This document shows, piece after piece, positions 1 through 10,300 of a stretch of DNA of 64,000 nt. Under the pieces are notes generated by a model, which was not told where the DNA came from, ran no database searches, and saw only the letters and a list, made by a program, of their open reading frames with translations. Every line of letters begins with the position of its first letter. Within the stretch, counting starts at the first letter, position 1. The stretch lies in IMG/VR virus record IMGVR_UViG_3300043409_000680, positions 9,634 to 73,633 of that record, one strand, 5' to 3'. The DNA is from a virus. Made by a program: the position numbers and the translations under genes.

Positions 1-1
1 T

Positions 2-133
2 CCTACAGCAGCATTTACTACCACCACTACAGGCGGCGGAGCAAATATTGGTCTTGCCTCAACTGCGGTAATTAGCAAAGCGTTGATTATGACTTATGAC
101 CCTACTACAACAAAATGGTATCCATCTTACTAA
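2..133 (+). CDS. 3' end of a truncated virion/fiber-like protein
   Basis: Open frame from the window edge, ending ...KALIMTYDPTTTKWYPSY*; Thr-rich; lies among structural genes. Confidence 0.55.
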   Translation, partial: PTAAFTTTTTGGGANIGLASTAVISKALIMTYDPTTTKWYPSY

Positions 134-147
134 GCTAAGGAGCTTAA

Positions 148-474
148 ATGGCAACAGTATACAAAATCCTGGGACAAAGTGCCCCGGCAGCTACTACAGA
201 AACACTAGCATACACAGCAGGTAATCAGGCTGTACTATCTAGTATTACAATCTGTAATCAAGCAGCAACATCTGCTACATTCCGTATTGCTGTTCGCCCA
301 GCTGCAGACCTTACTACAACTCAGAAGCACTGGATTGTTTACGGATCTACAGTAGCAGCTAATGATTCTACTATCATTACTCCAGGCATTACCTTGGCGA
401 CAGGGGATAAGGTATTTGTTTACGCTTCAACTACAACAATGTCTTTCTCTGTATTCGGTACTGAACTCTCCTAA
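148..474 (+). CDS. small beta-rich virion protein
   Basis: SD AAGGAG; resembles 14375-14704 (LGQxAP...Y, SIxxCNQ, C-terminal SFxV(F/Y)GxE). Confidence 0.6.
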   Translation: MATVYKILGQSAPAATTETLAYTAGNQAVLSSITICNQAATSATFRIAVRPAADLTTTQKHWIVYGSTVAANDSTIITPGITLATGDKVFVYASTTTMSFSVFGTELS

Positions 475-478
475 ACTA

Positions 479-916
479 ATGGAAATTAAGTACGTATCAG
501 ATCTGTATGTTAGTGACCAGCCTCCTTTAGGTGAGGTTCCTGACCCACCTAAACAAAAGCCATTTGCTGAGCGCATCGGCACTACTAGAGATGTACGTGT
601 TTATTTCAACCCCTCAGTAACGGGTGGAGTAGCTACGTCGTACTTGGTAACTTCCTATAAGTTGCCATACCTAATTCTTGATACTCCAACTGGAACCGGA
701 GTATCCTCTCCAATTACTGTTACTGGTCTTCCTGATTTTGGGGTATATAAATTTAAGGTTCAAGGGGTAAATGCAAGTGGGGCTGGTCCAGTAAGTAGGC
801 CTACTAACTCAATTGGATATGGTACAGATCAAGGCCAAGATGATCAAAATTCTGGAAACAATAAGGGTGCCGGTTCACGTGATGATCATAAGTACTACTG
901 GCCACCGGAGGTGTAA
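479..916 (+). CDS. fibronectin type III domain protein
   Basis: SSPITVTGL...YKFKVQGVNASG FN3 pattern; ATG at 479 avoids overlap with the upstream gene. Confidence 0.65.
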   Translation: MEIKYVSDLYVSDQPPLGEVPDPPKQKPFAERIGTTRDVRVYFNPSVTGGVATSYLVTSYKLPYLILDTPTGTGVSSPITVTGLPDFGVYKFKVQGVNASGAGPVSRPTNSIGYGTDQGQDDQNSGNNKGAGSRDDHKYYWPPEV

Positions 917-918
917 TT

Positions 919-1272
919 GTGACCGCAATTAAGAGCATTTCACAAAGACAAGTAACACGGGCAAACAATCAAGTTACTACTAAAATTGTTGATGTTACAG
1001 ATATCCCAACTATTGGAACTGCAACAAAGTCAACCACTACCGCATCAGTTACCTTTACTCCAGCGGCTACAGGTGGCGCAGCTACTTCTTTTAAAGTAAG
1101 TGCGTTTACTGCTGGGGTTATTACCTCCCCTCTTCTGAGCCAAACAGGATCCACATCTCCAATTGTAGTAACAGGATTATCAATAGGAACAGCCTATACC
1201 TTTAAAGTACAAGCAATAAATACTAAGGGGACTAGCGGGTATAGCGCCCAATCAAACGCAATTACTCCATGA
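919..1272 (+). CDS. fibronectin type III domain protein
   Basis: PTIGTAT...SPIVVTGL.GTAYTFKVQAIN; SD GGAGG. Confidence 0.7.
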   Translation: MTAIKSISQRQVTRANNQVTTKIVDVTDIPTIGTATKSTTTASVTFTPAATGGAATSFKVSAFTAGVITSPLLSQTGSTSPIVVTGLSIGTAYTFKVQAINTKGTSGYSAQSNAITP

Positions 1273-1484
1273 CCGTACGTCCTTGGGACCTGTTTACTGC
1301 CTACAGGGCAGACTCAGATTCTATAGCGCATCGTATGAAAATTTGTCAAGAATGCGATAGATTTATCAAGTTAACCGCACAATGTAAAGAGTGTGGCTGC
1401 TTTATGAAAGGCAAGACTAAACTTGCCGAAGCCGAATGTCCCCTAGCTAAATGGGGCCCAGTAGAAGCAGTGGAAGAGGACTAG
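1269..1484 (+). CDS. small Cys-rich zinc-binding protein
   Basis: RxxICxxC...CKECGC...K...CPxxKW. Confidence 0.65.
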   Translation: MTVRPWDLFTAYRADSDSIAHRMKICQECDRFIKLTAQCKECGCFMKGKTKLAEAECPLAKWGPVEAVEED

Positions 1485-2210
1485 ATGCGTGGAGAACGTG
1501 TAGACGGGCGCTTTAGTATTGATAGCGAACGCAAATCTATTATCTCTGGAACTAGCAAAGAACTTGTTCGACTTGTAGGCAGCCAATTAGAGTGGTGGTT
1601 CTTTGACCATGAAAATACAGTTGTAGATGGAATTTACGATGTAGGCTATGATGGTGCTGGCGGGGGACGTAAATGGTCTGGGCCTATTATAATACCTGTA
1701 GTAACTGCCAACTTAGATCAAGGCGTTACTGTTCAAAATGACCGTGGTTTTTATAACACTGACGTACTGACAATTACTATTAACATGGACATTATTGATA
1801 GCGGGCGCAATAAAACAAAAATGGGCATTGTTGGAAGTAATGCCGCTACTATCCCACAGCTATCTAAAATTCAAACTAACCCGGACCACTACCTGACAGA
1901 CAGGGTGGTCTTTCGTAATGAAGTTTTTACCCCTATTCAAATTTTTCCAGAGGGAATCATTACAGATCAGTACACCCTTATAACTATTAGGTGTGCTCAA
2001 GTTAACTCTGAAGAGCTAGTCAATGATTCTCAGTTTCAGGTGTATGCTAACTACCTACCGCTTCAGTCTATTACCCCCAGTCTTCAGACAGTTCAAGCAG
2101 TACAAGCAGTTCAAGCAACCCAAGGGGTTCAGGGCGTACAGGGAGTTCAAGGAACTAACCCAGTACAAGATGTCCTCCAAGGCCTAGTAGATCCATGGAA
2201 CATATACTAA
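1485..2210 (+). CDS. putative neck/head-closure protein with C-terminal Gln-tripeptide repeats
   Basis: Position before tail genes; C-terminal (VQA/VQG)n. Confidence 0.5.
   Translation: MRGERVDGRFSIDSERKSIISGTSKELVRLVGSQLEWWFFDHENTVVDGIYDVGYDGAGGGRKWSGPIIIPVVTANLDQGVTVQNDRGFYNTDVLTITINMDIIDSGRNKTKMGIVGSNAATIPQLSKIQTNPDHYLTDRVVFRNEVFTPIQIFPEGIITDQYTLITIRCAQVNSEELVNDSQFQVYANYLPLQSITPSLQTVQAVQAVQATQGVQGVQGVQGTNPVQDVLQGLVDPWNIY
2082..2153 (+). repeat. degenerate 9-bp tandem repeat (GTWCARGSN), about 8 units
   Basis: cttcagaca gttcaagca gtacaagca gttcaagca acccaaggg gttcagggc gtacaggga gttcaagga. Confidence 0.85.
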
Positions 2211-2413
2211 TGGCAAAGATAAAGGTTGACGGGGAAATCCACGTCATTAAGAAAAACACGTCTGGCGAAGTCATTGTTGATCACGCAGGCAATAAAGGTA
2301 AATATGATAAGATTAACCTAACCAAAAAGGCCGGGGCTAAGACCATTAAAGCTGGTGAAAAGGCAACTCGGACTTGGCATAAAAACAACCCAACTAAGAA
2401 GAAAGGCAAGTAA
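2210..2413 (+). CDS. small basic hypothetical protein
   Basis: TAATG overlap with the upstream stop; Lys-rich. Confidence 0.65.
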   Translation: MAKIKVDGEIHVIKKNTSGEVIVDHAGNKGKYDKINLTKKAGAKTIKAGEKATRTWHKNNPTKKKGK

Positions 2414-2414
2414 T

Positions 2415-2540
2415 ATGTGCGCTGTATGCGGATGTGGTAAGAAAAAAGGCGAACCAGGATTTGGTAAGGGCCCAAAGACAAAGTCAAAGAAGGCTTGTAC
2501 TTGCGGTACTTGTAAGGCTTGTAAGGCAAAGAAAAAGTAA
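2415..2540 (+). CDS. Cys/Lys-rich micro-protein
   Basis: MCAVCGCGKKKGEPG...CTCGTCKACKAKKK. Confidence 0.65.
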   Translation: MCAVCGCGKKKGEPGFGKGPKTKSKKACTCGTCKACKAKKK

Positions 2541-2683
2541 TGTGCGCCACCTGTGGCTGCATGAAGCCCAAGGATAAGCACGGCATGAAGACCCTAGATG
2601 CTGCTAATAAAAAGTACGCTAAAAAGTCTGACTCAAAGGGTAAGGCTAAGAAGCCAACAATGGTTAAGAAGAAAGGTATGTAA
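2540..2683 (+). CDS. Cys/Lys-rich micro-protein (not in ORF track)
   Basis: MCATCGCMKPKDKHG...KKKGM; TAATG coupling at both ends. Confidence 0.65.
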   Translation: MCATCGCMKPKDKHGMKTLDAANKKYAKKSDSKGKAKKPTMVKKKGM

Positions 2684-2874
2684 TGGCCAAGTCTGATAAA
2701 GAACAAGATAAAGAGACAATGTCAAAGCTTAGTCCTAAGGGCAAGGCTCGCTTCAAAAAAGAAGACAAAAAAATGGACAAGAAGAACCCCCCTAAGGGCA
2801 AGGATAAAAAGATAGATGAAGCCTTAGCAGACAAGATTGCTAAGGATGAGAAAAAAGGTAAGAAAAAGAAGTAA
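2683..2874 (+). CDS. Lys/Asp-rich small protein
   Basis: TAATG coupling; followed by a terminator. Confidence 0.65.
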   Translation: MAKSDKEQDKETMSKLSPKGKARFKKEDKKMDKKNPPKGKDKKIDEALADKIAKDEKKGKKKK

Positions 2875-2880
2875 CGACTT

Positions 2881-2902
2881 AGCCCCCGTAAGGGGGCTTT
2901 TT
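2881..2902 (+). terminator. intrinsic terminator
   Basis: AGCCCCC-GTAA-GGGGGCT followed by TTTT. Confidence 0.85.
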
Positions 2903-2980
2903 CGTTTATGATTACCTTGACGCCAGAGCAATCTGGAACCCTGAAGCTTTACCTACACACCTTCCTATGGAGGACTTGCT

Positions 2981-3142
2981 ATGAACCTTTTTATTGATCG
3001 TTTATTGCGTGCTGAAACTAGCGCTGACAAAGAAGAGTTTGTCCGTGGTGTTGCAGGTCTAGACAAAAACCCAAGCACTAAAAGAATTCTTATTGGTATT
3101 CTTGCTGGGACATTGCTAGCAGCCGCAAGGCGAAATAAATGA
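2981..3142 (+). CDS. small hypothetical protein (not in ORF track)
   Basis: SD GGAGG; MNLFIDRLLRAE...; ATGA overlap with the next gene. Confidence 0.65.
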   Translation: MNLFIDRLLRAETSADKEEFVRGVAGLDKNPSTKRILIGILAGTLLAAARRNK

Positions 3143-3423
3143 CTCTTGGATTTCTTAGCAAACTAATTGGTGGAGAGTATGTAAGGGCTTCTTTAACTGA
3201 AGAACGCATTCATACACACAATATTCGTCTTGCTGCCCGTAGAGCAGGATGGCCTTCAGAAGCCGTAAACGGGCTTTCTATAAAAGTAGAAGACGGTAAG
3301 TACCACCCACATATTGATCCTACTGTTAAACCTCTGGTGGATAGTATTACCTATGGAAACAGTTCTACCCAATCTTCTCATGTAATTTTAGCCTTCATGC
3401 GTACCTTAGGGCCGGTGGCATAA
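3139..3423 (+). CDS. putative neck/tail-completion protein
   Basis: Position and gene coupling only. Confidence 0.45.
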   Translation: MTLGFLSKLIGGEYVRASLTEERIHTHNIRLAARRAGWPSEAVNGLSIKVEDGKYHPHIDPTVKPLVDSITYGNSSTQSSHVILAFMRTLGPVA

Positions 3424-4022
3424 TGCCATTTATTTTAAATGAAGATAAGGCTCTTAAAGAACTTATATCAAATATCACAGTCTCAGACTCTGGGAACCCA
3501 ACCCGTCCCGTAGGTGTCTGGTTTGGTCAGCCTGACCCACAAATTCGGCAACAGAGTTATCCATATATTACGATAGACTTAGTTGGTGTATCAGAGGCTA
3601 AAGAACGTGTTCATACAGGATTTGGCCCATTGAGCTACACCCCTGAGGGAGTAGATCCTGATCTTGATTTTGAAACTAATAAGCCAATAGCTATTAATCT
3701 TGACTATCAAGTCACTACGTACTCACGACAACCACGTCATGATAGACAACTTATGGCTACATTGCTTGGCGCAGATCGCCTACCGTTTAGATTTGGTGTT
3801 CTAGTTATCCCTGAAGACAATACTGTCCGCAGATTAGATATGCTAGGATTCTCAAAAAGGGATACTACTGAAGGAGACAAGCGTCTTTTTAGTAATGTCT
3901 TTATGTTACAGATTAGCTCGGAAATTCTCCGTGATGATCTGGTAGAAGTACACAAAGTGCTATATCCTCCTACAATTTCGTACACAGTACAAGATACTGA
4001 CTTCACTATACAAGAACTATAA
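3423..4022 (+). CDS. putative tail terminator / Pvc16-like protein
   Basis: YPYITIDL...NLDYQVT pattern; immediately before the sheath gene. Confidence 0.6.
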   Translation: MPFILNEDKALKELISNITVSDSGNPTRPVGVWFGQPDPQIRQQSYPYITIDLVGVSEAKERVHTGFGPLSYTPEGVDPDLDFETNKPIAINLDYQVTTYSRQPRHDRQLMATLLGADRLPFRFGVLVIPEDNTVRRLDMLGFSKRDTTEGDKRLFSNVFMLQISSEILRDDLVEVHKVLYPPTISYTVQDTDFTIQEL

Positions 4023-4071
4023 CATTCGGCCCCAACACAAACACACCCACTTAATTAAGGAGTAATACCGT

Positions 4072-5643
4072 ATGGCTACATATAGTAGACCCGGTGTCTA
4101 TATTCAAGAAATTGAATTGCCACAGACAGTTGCCCTTGCCAATAATGGCACAGCAATTGGAGCCTTCGTAGGCCCACTTGCAAAAGGACTAACATCTGTT
4201 CCAATCCTATTGACATCTTGGACACAGTTCACCAAAACTTTTGGCTCACTAGAAGATGCATACCCAACAACTTGGGCTGCTTATAACTTCTTCGCTAATG
4301 GCGGACGCCAATTATACGTGAAGCGCATTACAGGCTCAGGCGCCCTTGCAGCTTCTACACGCCTAGTAGACAAATCAAATGATGCTCTTGACACACTTGA
4401 TGTCTTTGCTGCTAATGCTGGATCATGGGGAAATGACCTCGGAATCCAAATTAAAGCAGCTGGATCAACAGATCGTTTTACACTTGTTGTATACGGTTCC
4501 CCAACAAATAGCAATGTAGCAACATCAAATGCTTTAGAACAGTTTACTGATCTAAGCATGGACATTACAGACCCACGTTACGCTATTTCAATGATCAACA
4601 CTTCTTCTGCCTATATTCGAGTCGTAGACTTGGAATCAGGCTCAACAGGTGATGAAAAAAATCCTGATGTTACTTCAGCAACTGTACCAGTTGCATTGTC
4701 AAGTGGCGCAGATGGAGCAGCTCCAGTTCGTGCTGATTATTCAAACGCTCTTGCTACATTTGATCCAATTGACAATCCACTAGTATTTAACATTCCAAAT
4801 GCTGCATACTTTTATACAACTTCCGGTTCAGGAACTGAGCGCACACTTGCTGTAAACGTACAGGGAGATGCAGTCAACTACTCAGAACTTCGTGGAGATT
4901 GCTTTGTAGTAGTAGACATTCCTGCTGGTCTTTCATCTACGGATGCACAGACATTTGCAACAGATGTAGTTTCTGCTGCACCTGACTCAGACGGTGGTTG
5001 CGCTGCTGCGTACTACCCATGGTTAAACGTTCCAGACACTCTTCGTGCTGCTCGTGGCGCAGTTCGTTCACAGGCACCGGGTGCTGCAATGGTTGGTCAG
5101 TATCTTGCTACAGACGCTTCTCGTGGCGTATTCAAGACACCAGCTGGCTACAACAACCGTGTAGCCCTTGCAGTCTCTACTGAATTCCAGTTTACAAATA
5201 CTCAATTAGATGCATTGAACGTTAGTGCACATCCAGTAAACGTAATCCGTCAAGTTCCAGGTAATGGAATTGTTGTAATGGGTGGTCGTACTCTTAACAA
5301 CACAACTGGAGACCGCTACATTAACGTTCGTCGTTCTATCATGTACCTTAAGAAAGAACTTACAGACCGCAGTGCTTTTGCAGTATTTGAAAATAATGAT
5401 GAGCGTCTATGGTCTTCTCTTCGTACGGTATTGGGTACGTTCTTACGTACTTATTGGCAAGCTGGTGGTCTTCGTGGAGCGACTACTAATCAAGCATTCT
5501 TTATACGTTGCGACGAGACTACAACAACAGAAGCTGATATCTTGAATGGTTTAGTCAACATTGAAGTTGGCGTAGCTTTAGAGTATCCAGCAGAGTTTGT
5601 GGTTATCAAACTCGGACAAATCACAGGAAACGCTTCGGCGTAA
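4072..5643 (+). CDS. tail sheath protein
   Basis: RPGVYIQE N-terminus, FFANGG, AGSWGN, RYINVRR, VFENND, PAEFV C-terminus. Confidence 0.95.
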   Translation: MATYSRPGVYIQEIELPQTVALANNGTAIGAFVGPLAKGLTSVPILLTSWTQFTKTFGSLEDAYPTTWAAYNFFANGGRQLYVKRITGSGALAASTRLVDKSNDALDTLDVFAANAGSWGNDLGIQIKAAGSTDRFTLVVYGSPTNSNVATSNALEQFTDLSMDITDPRYAISMINTSSAYIRVVDLESGSTGDEKNPDVTSATVPVALSSGADGAAPVRADYSNALATFDPIDNPLVFNIPNAAYFYTTSGSGTERTLAVNVQGDAVNYSELRGDCFVVVDIPAGLSSTDAQTFATDVVSAAPDSDGGCAAAYYPWLNVPDTLRAARGAVRSQAPGAAMVGQYLATDASRGVFKTPAGYNNRVALAVSTEFQFTNTQLDALNVSAHPVNVIRQVPGNGIVVMGGRTLNNTTGDRYINVRRSIMYLKKELTDRSAFAVFENNDERLWSSLRTVLGTFLRTYWQAGGLRGATTNQAFFIRCDETTTTEADILNGLVNIEVGVALEYPAEFVVIKLGQITGNASA

Positions 5644-5657
5644 GGAGATAGAGACAA

Positions 5658-6293
5658 ATGACAATACCAAATATTAATCCGTTATCACACATTGAAACAG
5701 ATCCAATTCGTAACTTTAAGTTTCTAGTAAAGTTTACTCCACTTGACGGCGACGGCGGAGATACAAAGTGGGGAGCACAATTTGGAAAGCTTGGTTTCGT
5801 ATCAGTAAGCGGCCTTAGTGTAACAACTGAGTCTATTGCTTACCGTGAAGGCGGATACAACACGAATCTACACCAGATTCCTGGACAAACTTCTTTCACA
5901 CCAATTACCCTTTCTAAGGGAGTTATGATCGGTAGCGGAAGCGATGTCCACGCTAACTGGATGAAGCGTCTGTTTACTATCATGACATCAACCTCTGCAG
6001 CAGGAGCTGTTGGTAATGACTTCCGTTGCCACGTAGACATTCAAGTGCTAAGCCACCCAAACCCAGCAGGATACAGCGGAAAAGGTGGAGCAGCGGTTGC
6101 TACTGCAGATCTGCAACATACATCTATGCGTTTTAAGGTCTATAATGCATGGATTACAAACTTAACATACAGCAATCTTGATGCCGGAGCAAACTCACTC
6201 ATGGTTGAAGAGATGACTCTAATGCATGAAGGTTTTGATGTAAGTTTTGCTGCAGACTTAAAAACTACAGCAGCAACTCCTTCCGAATACTAA
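5658..6293 (+). CDS. tail tube protein (T4 gp19-like)
   Basis: DPIRNFKF, GFxSVSGL, YREGG, PITLSKG, NAW, E-mTLxHEG. Confidence 0.92.
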   Translation: MTIPNINPLSHIETDPIRNFKFLVKFTPLDGDGGDTKWGAQFGKLGFVSVSGLSVTTESIAYREGGYNTNLHQIPGQTSFTPITLSKGVMIGSGSDVHANWMKRLFTIMTSTSAAGAVGNDFRCHVDIQVLSHPNPAGYSGKGGAAVATADLQHTSMRFKVYNAWITNLTYSNLDAGANSLMVEEMTLMHEGFDVSFAADLKTTAATPSEY

Positions 6294-6305
6294 AACTAAA
6301 CAAAG

Positions 6306-7139
6306 GTGAATAATATGGATACAGAAACAAAAGTAGACGCACAATCTAACCCTGCCTTACTTAATAAGTTAGCGGCAGAAGCTATGGCACCATCTCAGGC
6401 GGAGGTAACAGCCACTAAACCAGTGGCTGTTATCACCCCTCCTGATTTAACAGTTGAACTTCCAGGTGGGTTGTATGACCCATTTGACGGGGTAACAAAA
6501 ACTGCAGAAATCCGTGAATTAAACGGAGCTGACGAAGAAGCTATTGCTCGTATTACAGACGCTGGTAAAGCCTTGCTTACAGTGCTAGAAAGAGCAACAG
6601 TTAAAATTGGTGAAAAACCTGTAAATAAAGAGTCTTTAGATACTTTGTTAGCTGGTGATAGAGAAATGCTATTACTTGCTATTAGAAAAGCAACTTTTGG
6701 TTCTACTGTTGAAGTAGGTCCGGGATTTTGCCCATCATGCGATGCAGAGCAGACCTTTAAAATTGACCTAACTGAAGATGTTACAGTAAAGACACTTAAT
6801 GAAGAAGATCGTGAATTTACTATGAACTGTAAAGTTGGGAAAGTTATAGTCTCTTTACCTAATGGGTATGTACAAAAAAGTATTGTGACTGCAACAAATA
6901 AGAACTCTGCTGAACTTGATACTTTATTATTAAAAGGATGCGTTCTTTCAATCAATGATGGTCCTATAGTCACTATAGATCATATTAAAAAACTAAGTCT
7001 TACAGATCGTAGAGATATTATTACAGAGATTACAAATCGTAACCCAGGACCACAATTAAGTGACATTAAAAAACCATGTATTTCCTGCGGCCTGGAGGTA
7101 CCGCTTCCGCTAACTTTAGCGGATCTATTTCGAGAGTAG
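6306..7139 (+). CDS. tail/baseplate assembly chaperone (T4 gp26-like)
   Basis: IRELNGADEE, GDRxxLLLAIR, two CxxC pairs; lies between tube and tape measure. Confidence 0.75.
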   Translation: MNNMDTETKVDAQSNPALLNKLAAEAMAPSQAEVTATKPVAVITPPDLTVELPGGLYDPFDGVTKTAEIRELNGADEEAIARITDAGKALLTVLERATVKIGEKPVNKESLDTLLAGDREMLLLAIRKATFGSTVEVGPGFCPSCDAEQTFKIDLTEDVTVKTLNEEDREFTMNCKVGKVIVSLPNGYVQKSIVTATNKNSAELDTLLLKGCVLSINDGPIVTIDHIKKLSLTDRRDIITEITNRNPGPQLSDIKKPCISCGLEVPLPLTLADLFRE

Positions 7140-7140
7140 T

Positions 7141-7281
7141 ATAGACTATCAAGAATTGATAGAAATATACTCTATTCTTACGCAGTTTTATAGTGGTTGG
7201 TCTCTTACAGAGATCAAAAGTCTTTCTAACAGAGAAAGGTTTATGTGGCTAGAGATGGCTTTAAATAGACCTAGAAGATAA
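7141..7281 (+). CDS. chaperone extension ORF in the +1 frame (not in ORF track)
   Basis: ...FYSGWSLTEIKSLSNRERFMWL resembles small pre-tape-measure chaperones; no SD before the TTG at 7156. Confidence 0.6.
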   Translation: MDYQELIEIYSILTQFYSGWSLTEIKSLSNRERFMWLEMALNRPRR

Positions 7282-7300
7282 TAATAGGTGGTGAGTTCTA

Positions 7301-10300
7301 ATGGATAACACAGGTAGTAGTCCTTCTGCTGCAGGTAATATGATTACCGCTAGTGACGCTGGGTCACTTGGCTTTGCAGTCGTGGATAAGTCAATTACAT
7401 CTATGAATAAGGGTATTTTTGCCACCCTTAAAAACTCACAACTTATTGAAAAAACATGGAAAAGTATCCATAAGTTTGCTTCCATGTCCGCTAGAATATT
7501 TGGGATAACAGGTAGGGGCGGTGGCGCTAGTAGTCTAGGTATGGGCGCAATGCCTAATACTGGACCACTATCTGGTCAACAAAAACTAGGACTTGCTGCG
7601 GGTATTGGAACAACTGCCGCAGTGGCTGCACCAGCTTTGTTTATGGGCTTAATGCCAAATACAATGGCAGCTGTTACACAGCGCATGGCGGCAGAAACTA
7701 CTGCTGGTGTAAGCGGTATGGCTCCTCGTCAAATGATCCTTGGTGCAAATAAAATCATTGCACGAGGTAATGGAGCCACTAGTGCGTATAGCCCTACAAT
7801 GGCTGCTTCTGCAATGCTCTATCAAGGCGGTGTTGCTTTTGGCTCAAAAGGCTCTAAAAATATCTTTGGTGCTCTTTCAGGTCTTAGTGCGCTTACCGGC
7901 GGTACTAATGAACAAATAGCTGGAGGATACGCTAGTTGGAATAGCAATAATATGTTTAGCCTTGGTATTCGTACTCGTGATTCAAAAGGCGAACAGCGTA
8001 AACCCCACGAAATTATAAATGAACTTTGGAGGGTTATGTATGGGGGCAAAAAGGTAACTAAAGAGCAAGTAGCTATAGTGTTTACCCCCGGATCTCCAAG
8101 CAATCTTACTGTAATGAATGCCGCTAATGGCAGCCCAGAAATGTTTAGCGTTCTTGCTAATGGTCTTTTAGCTAAAGCAACAACTAGCGGTGAAGTTAGA
8201 AACTTAACTGCAAAATCATTAGCTAGCTCAGGTGCTGCATTAGACCTTGCAGGGGTACCTAAAAACTCTATATTTAGAGCTAACTTTAGAAACAATACTG
8301 CACAAAATAAAGCATTAGGGGCAACTGAAAAAGGGCTTTCAGAAGGGTACATGAGTGCAGTAAATCTTAATGCGTCTGCAACTCAAAACATGGCCGGCTT
8401 TGCTCAGGAAATCCAAGGTGCCACTGATGCTCTCATGAAGTTTAAGGGATTTTTACAGACAATGCCATCAACTGGTGGCGTTGGCGGCGGTATAGCTAGC
8501 GCAGTACAAACAGCTGGAAGTTTTGCTTTACAAATGGCAGTTATGAAAAAAATGATGGGCGGAGGACCGTTATTTGTAGGCCCTAAAGGCGGTGGAGGCG
8601 CTAAACCTAGCGGACTCCTAGGACCTAACGGAATGCCTTTAGCTGCAGCGACAACAACAGCTGCTGGTCCTGGATTTATGAGTTTTTTAACTAGAGGAGG
8701 TAAGCTTACTCCAACAGGAGTTTTAGGTGCAGGCTCAGTTGCATCAAAAGTTGGTAGAGCTGGACTTGCTCTTGGAGTCTATGCGGGAGGAGAATTTTTA
8801 CAAAAATGGTTAAATAAAAAAGGAAAAAATTTACCTGGTTGGGCAAAATGGGCAGGTAACTTTGCGTATGATCTTGGTCAAGGTGCTTTAACTGGGCTAG
8901 CAGCTGGAGGATTACCTGGAGCCATTGCTGGAACTGCTGCTGGTGGTATTGGAAACCTTGCTACTGGAACAGGTATGGGTGGAGATAATCCTTCTGCTGG
9001 TAGCTCTAGTGGTGGAAAAACTAGTGGTTTAACTTTACAGCCGCCTGTTAAAGGACCTATTTCATCTGATTTTGGACCAAGACAAGCAGCACATGATAAG
9101 AATCCAGAAGTTAGTGCAAAACATAGCGGAATTGATTATGCTGTACCGGTAGGAACATCAGTTGCAGCTGCTGGTGATGGAATAGTTACTGAAACTGGTC
9201 TTCACAGACAATATGGAAACTATGTGATTATCAAACACGGTAGAAAATCTACTCTATACGCCCACCTAAGTAAGATTATGGTTGGAACAGGTAAAAGAGT
9301 AAAGGGTGGAGAGACAATTGCTTTATCCGGTGGTAGAAAAGGATCTTCGGGTGCTGGTAGTTCTACTGGTCCACACGTTCACTTTGAAGTAAGAAACAAT
9401 GGTGGTGTTGCTGCCCAAGGTCGTGAAAATCCTCATGGATTTTTTGGTCAACTAGTTAGCAGCCTTAAATCAGCAGGCACAACCGGACTCAATATGATTA
9501 AAAAAGCAGTTAATACCGTTACTGGAAAGGATATCTTTTCATATAGTAATACTGCTTCTAACGAAAATCCTTTTGATTTTAGTCGTACCAGCGATGTCAT
9601 TGGTATAAATAATACTAGTATTGCTAGTGCAATGAAGTACGCTTACCGTTCAGGTGCACCAATTTCATTTGCAGATATTCAAGGTTCTACTGAAGGCGGA
9701 GGTGCTGGGTCGTATAGCTTTAATGCTAAGATACCTGGTAAAAACGGAGAATTTATTAATACTAACGTAAATGCTAATGTTGACCCAGGTATCAATAAAG
9801 TTAGCGGAGATAAGGGCGGTATGGGAGGAGGCAGTAGAGCAGGTTTAATTAGGCTTCTTTACAACGCAGGCTTTAAAGGAAAAGCCTTAGAGACAGCTTT
9901 TGCTGTAGCTTTGGCAGAATCCGGTGGGCGAACTCATGCACATAATGGAGTAGCACCTGATGATTCTTACGGCATGTTCCAAATCAATATGATCGGTGAT
10001 TTAAAGGGCGCCCGCCTATCTAAAAAATGGCGTAGTGCTGATGGCTCTAAGTTTAAATTATCCAACGTGGAAGATCTATATGATCCTATGCTGAATGCTA
10101 AAGTGGCCTATCATATGACTAAGCACGGTACTAATTGGTCTAGATGGTCTACGTACACTGGTGGAAAGTTTGTTGAGTTTCTAGATGATGCTCGTACAGC
10201 AGCCATAAAAGCAAAAATTCCATCATATGATGTGGGAACTAAAAGAGTCCCTAAAGATCAAATTGCTACTGTTCACAAAGATGAAATGATTCTTACTGCA

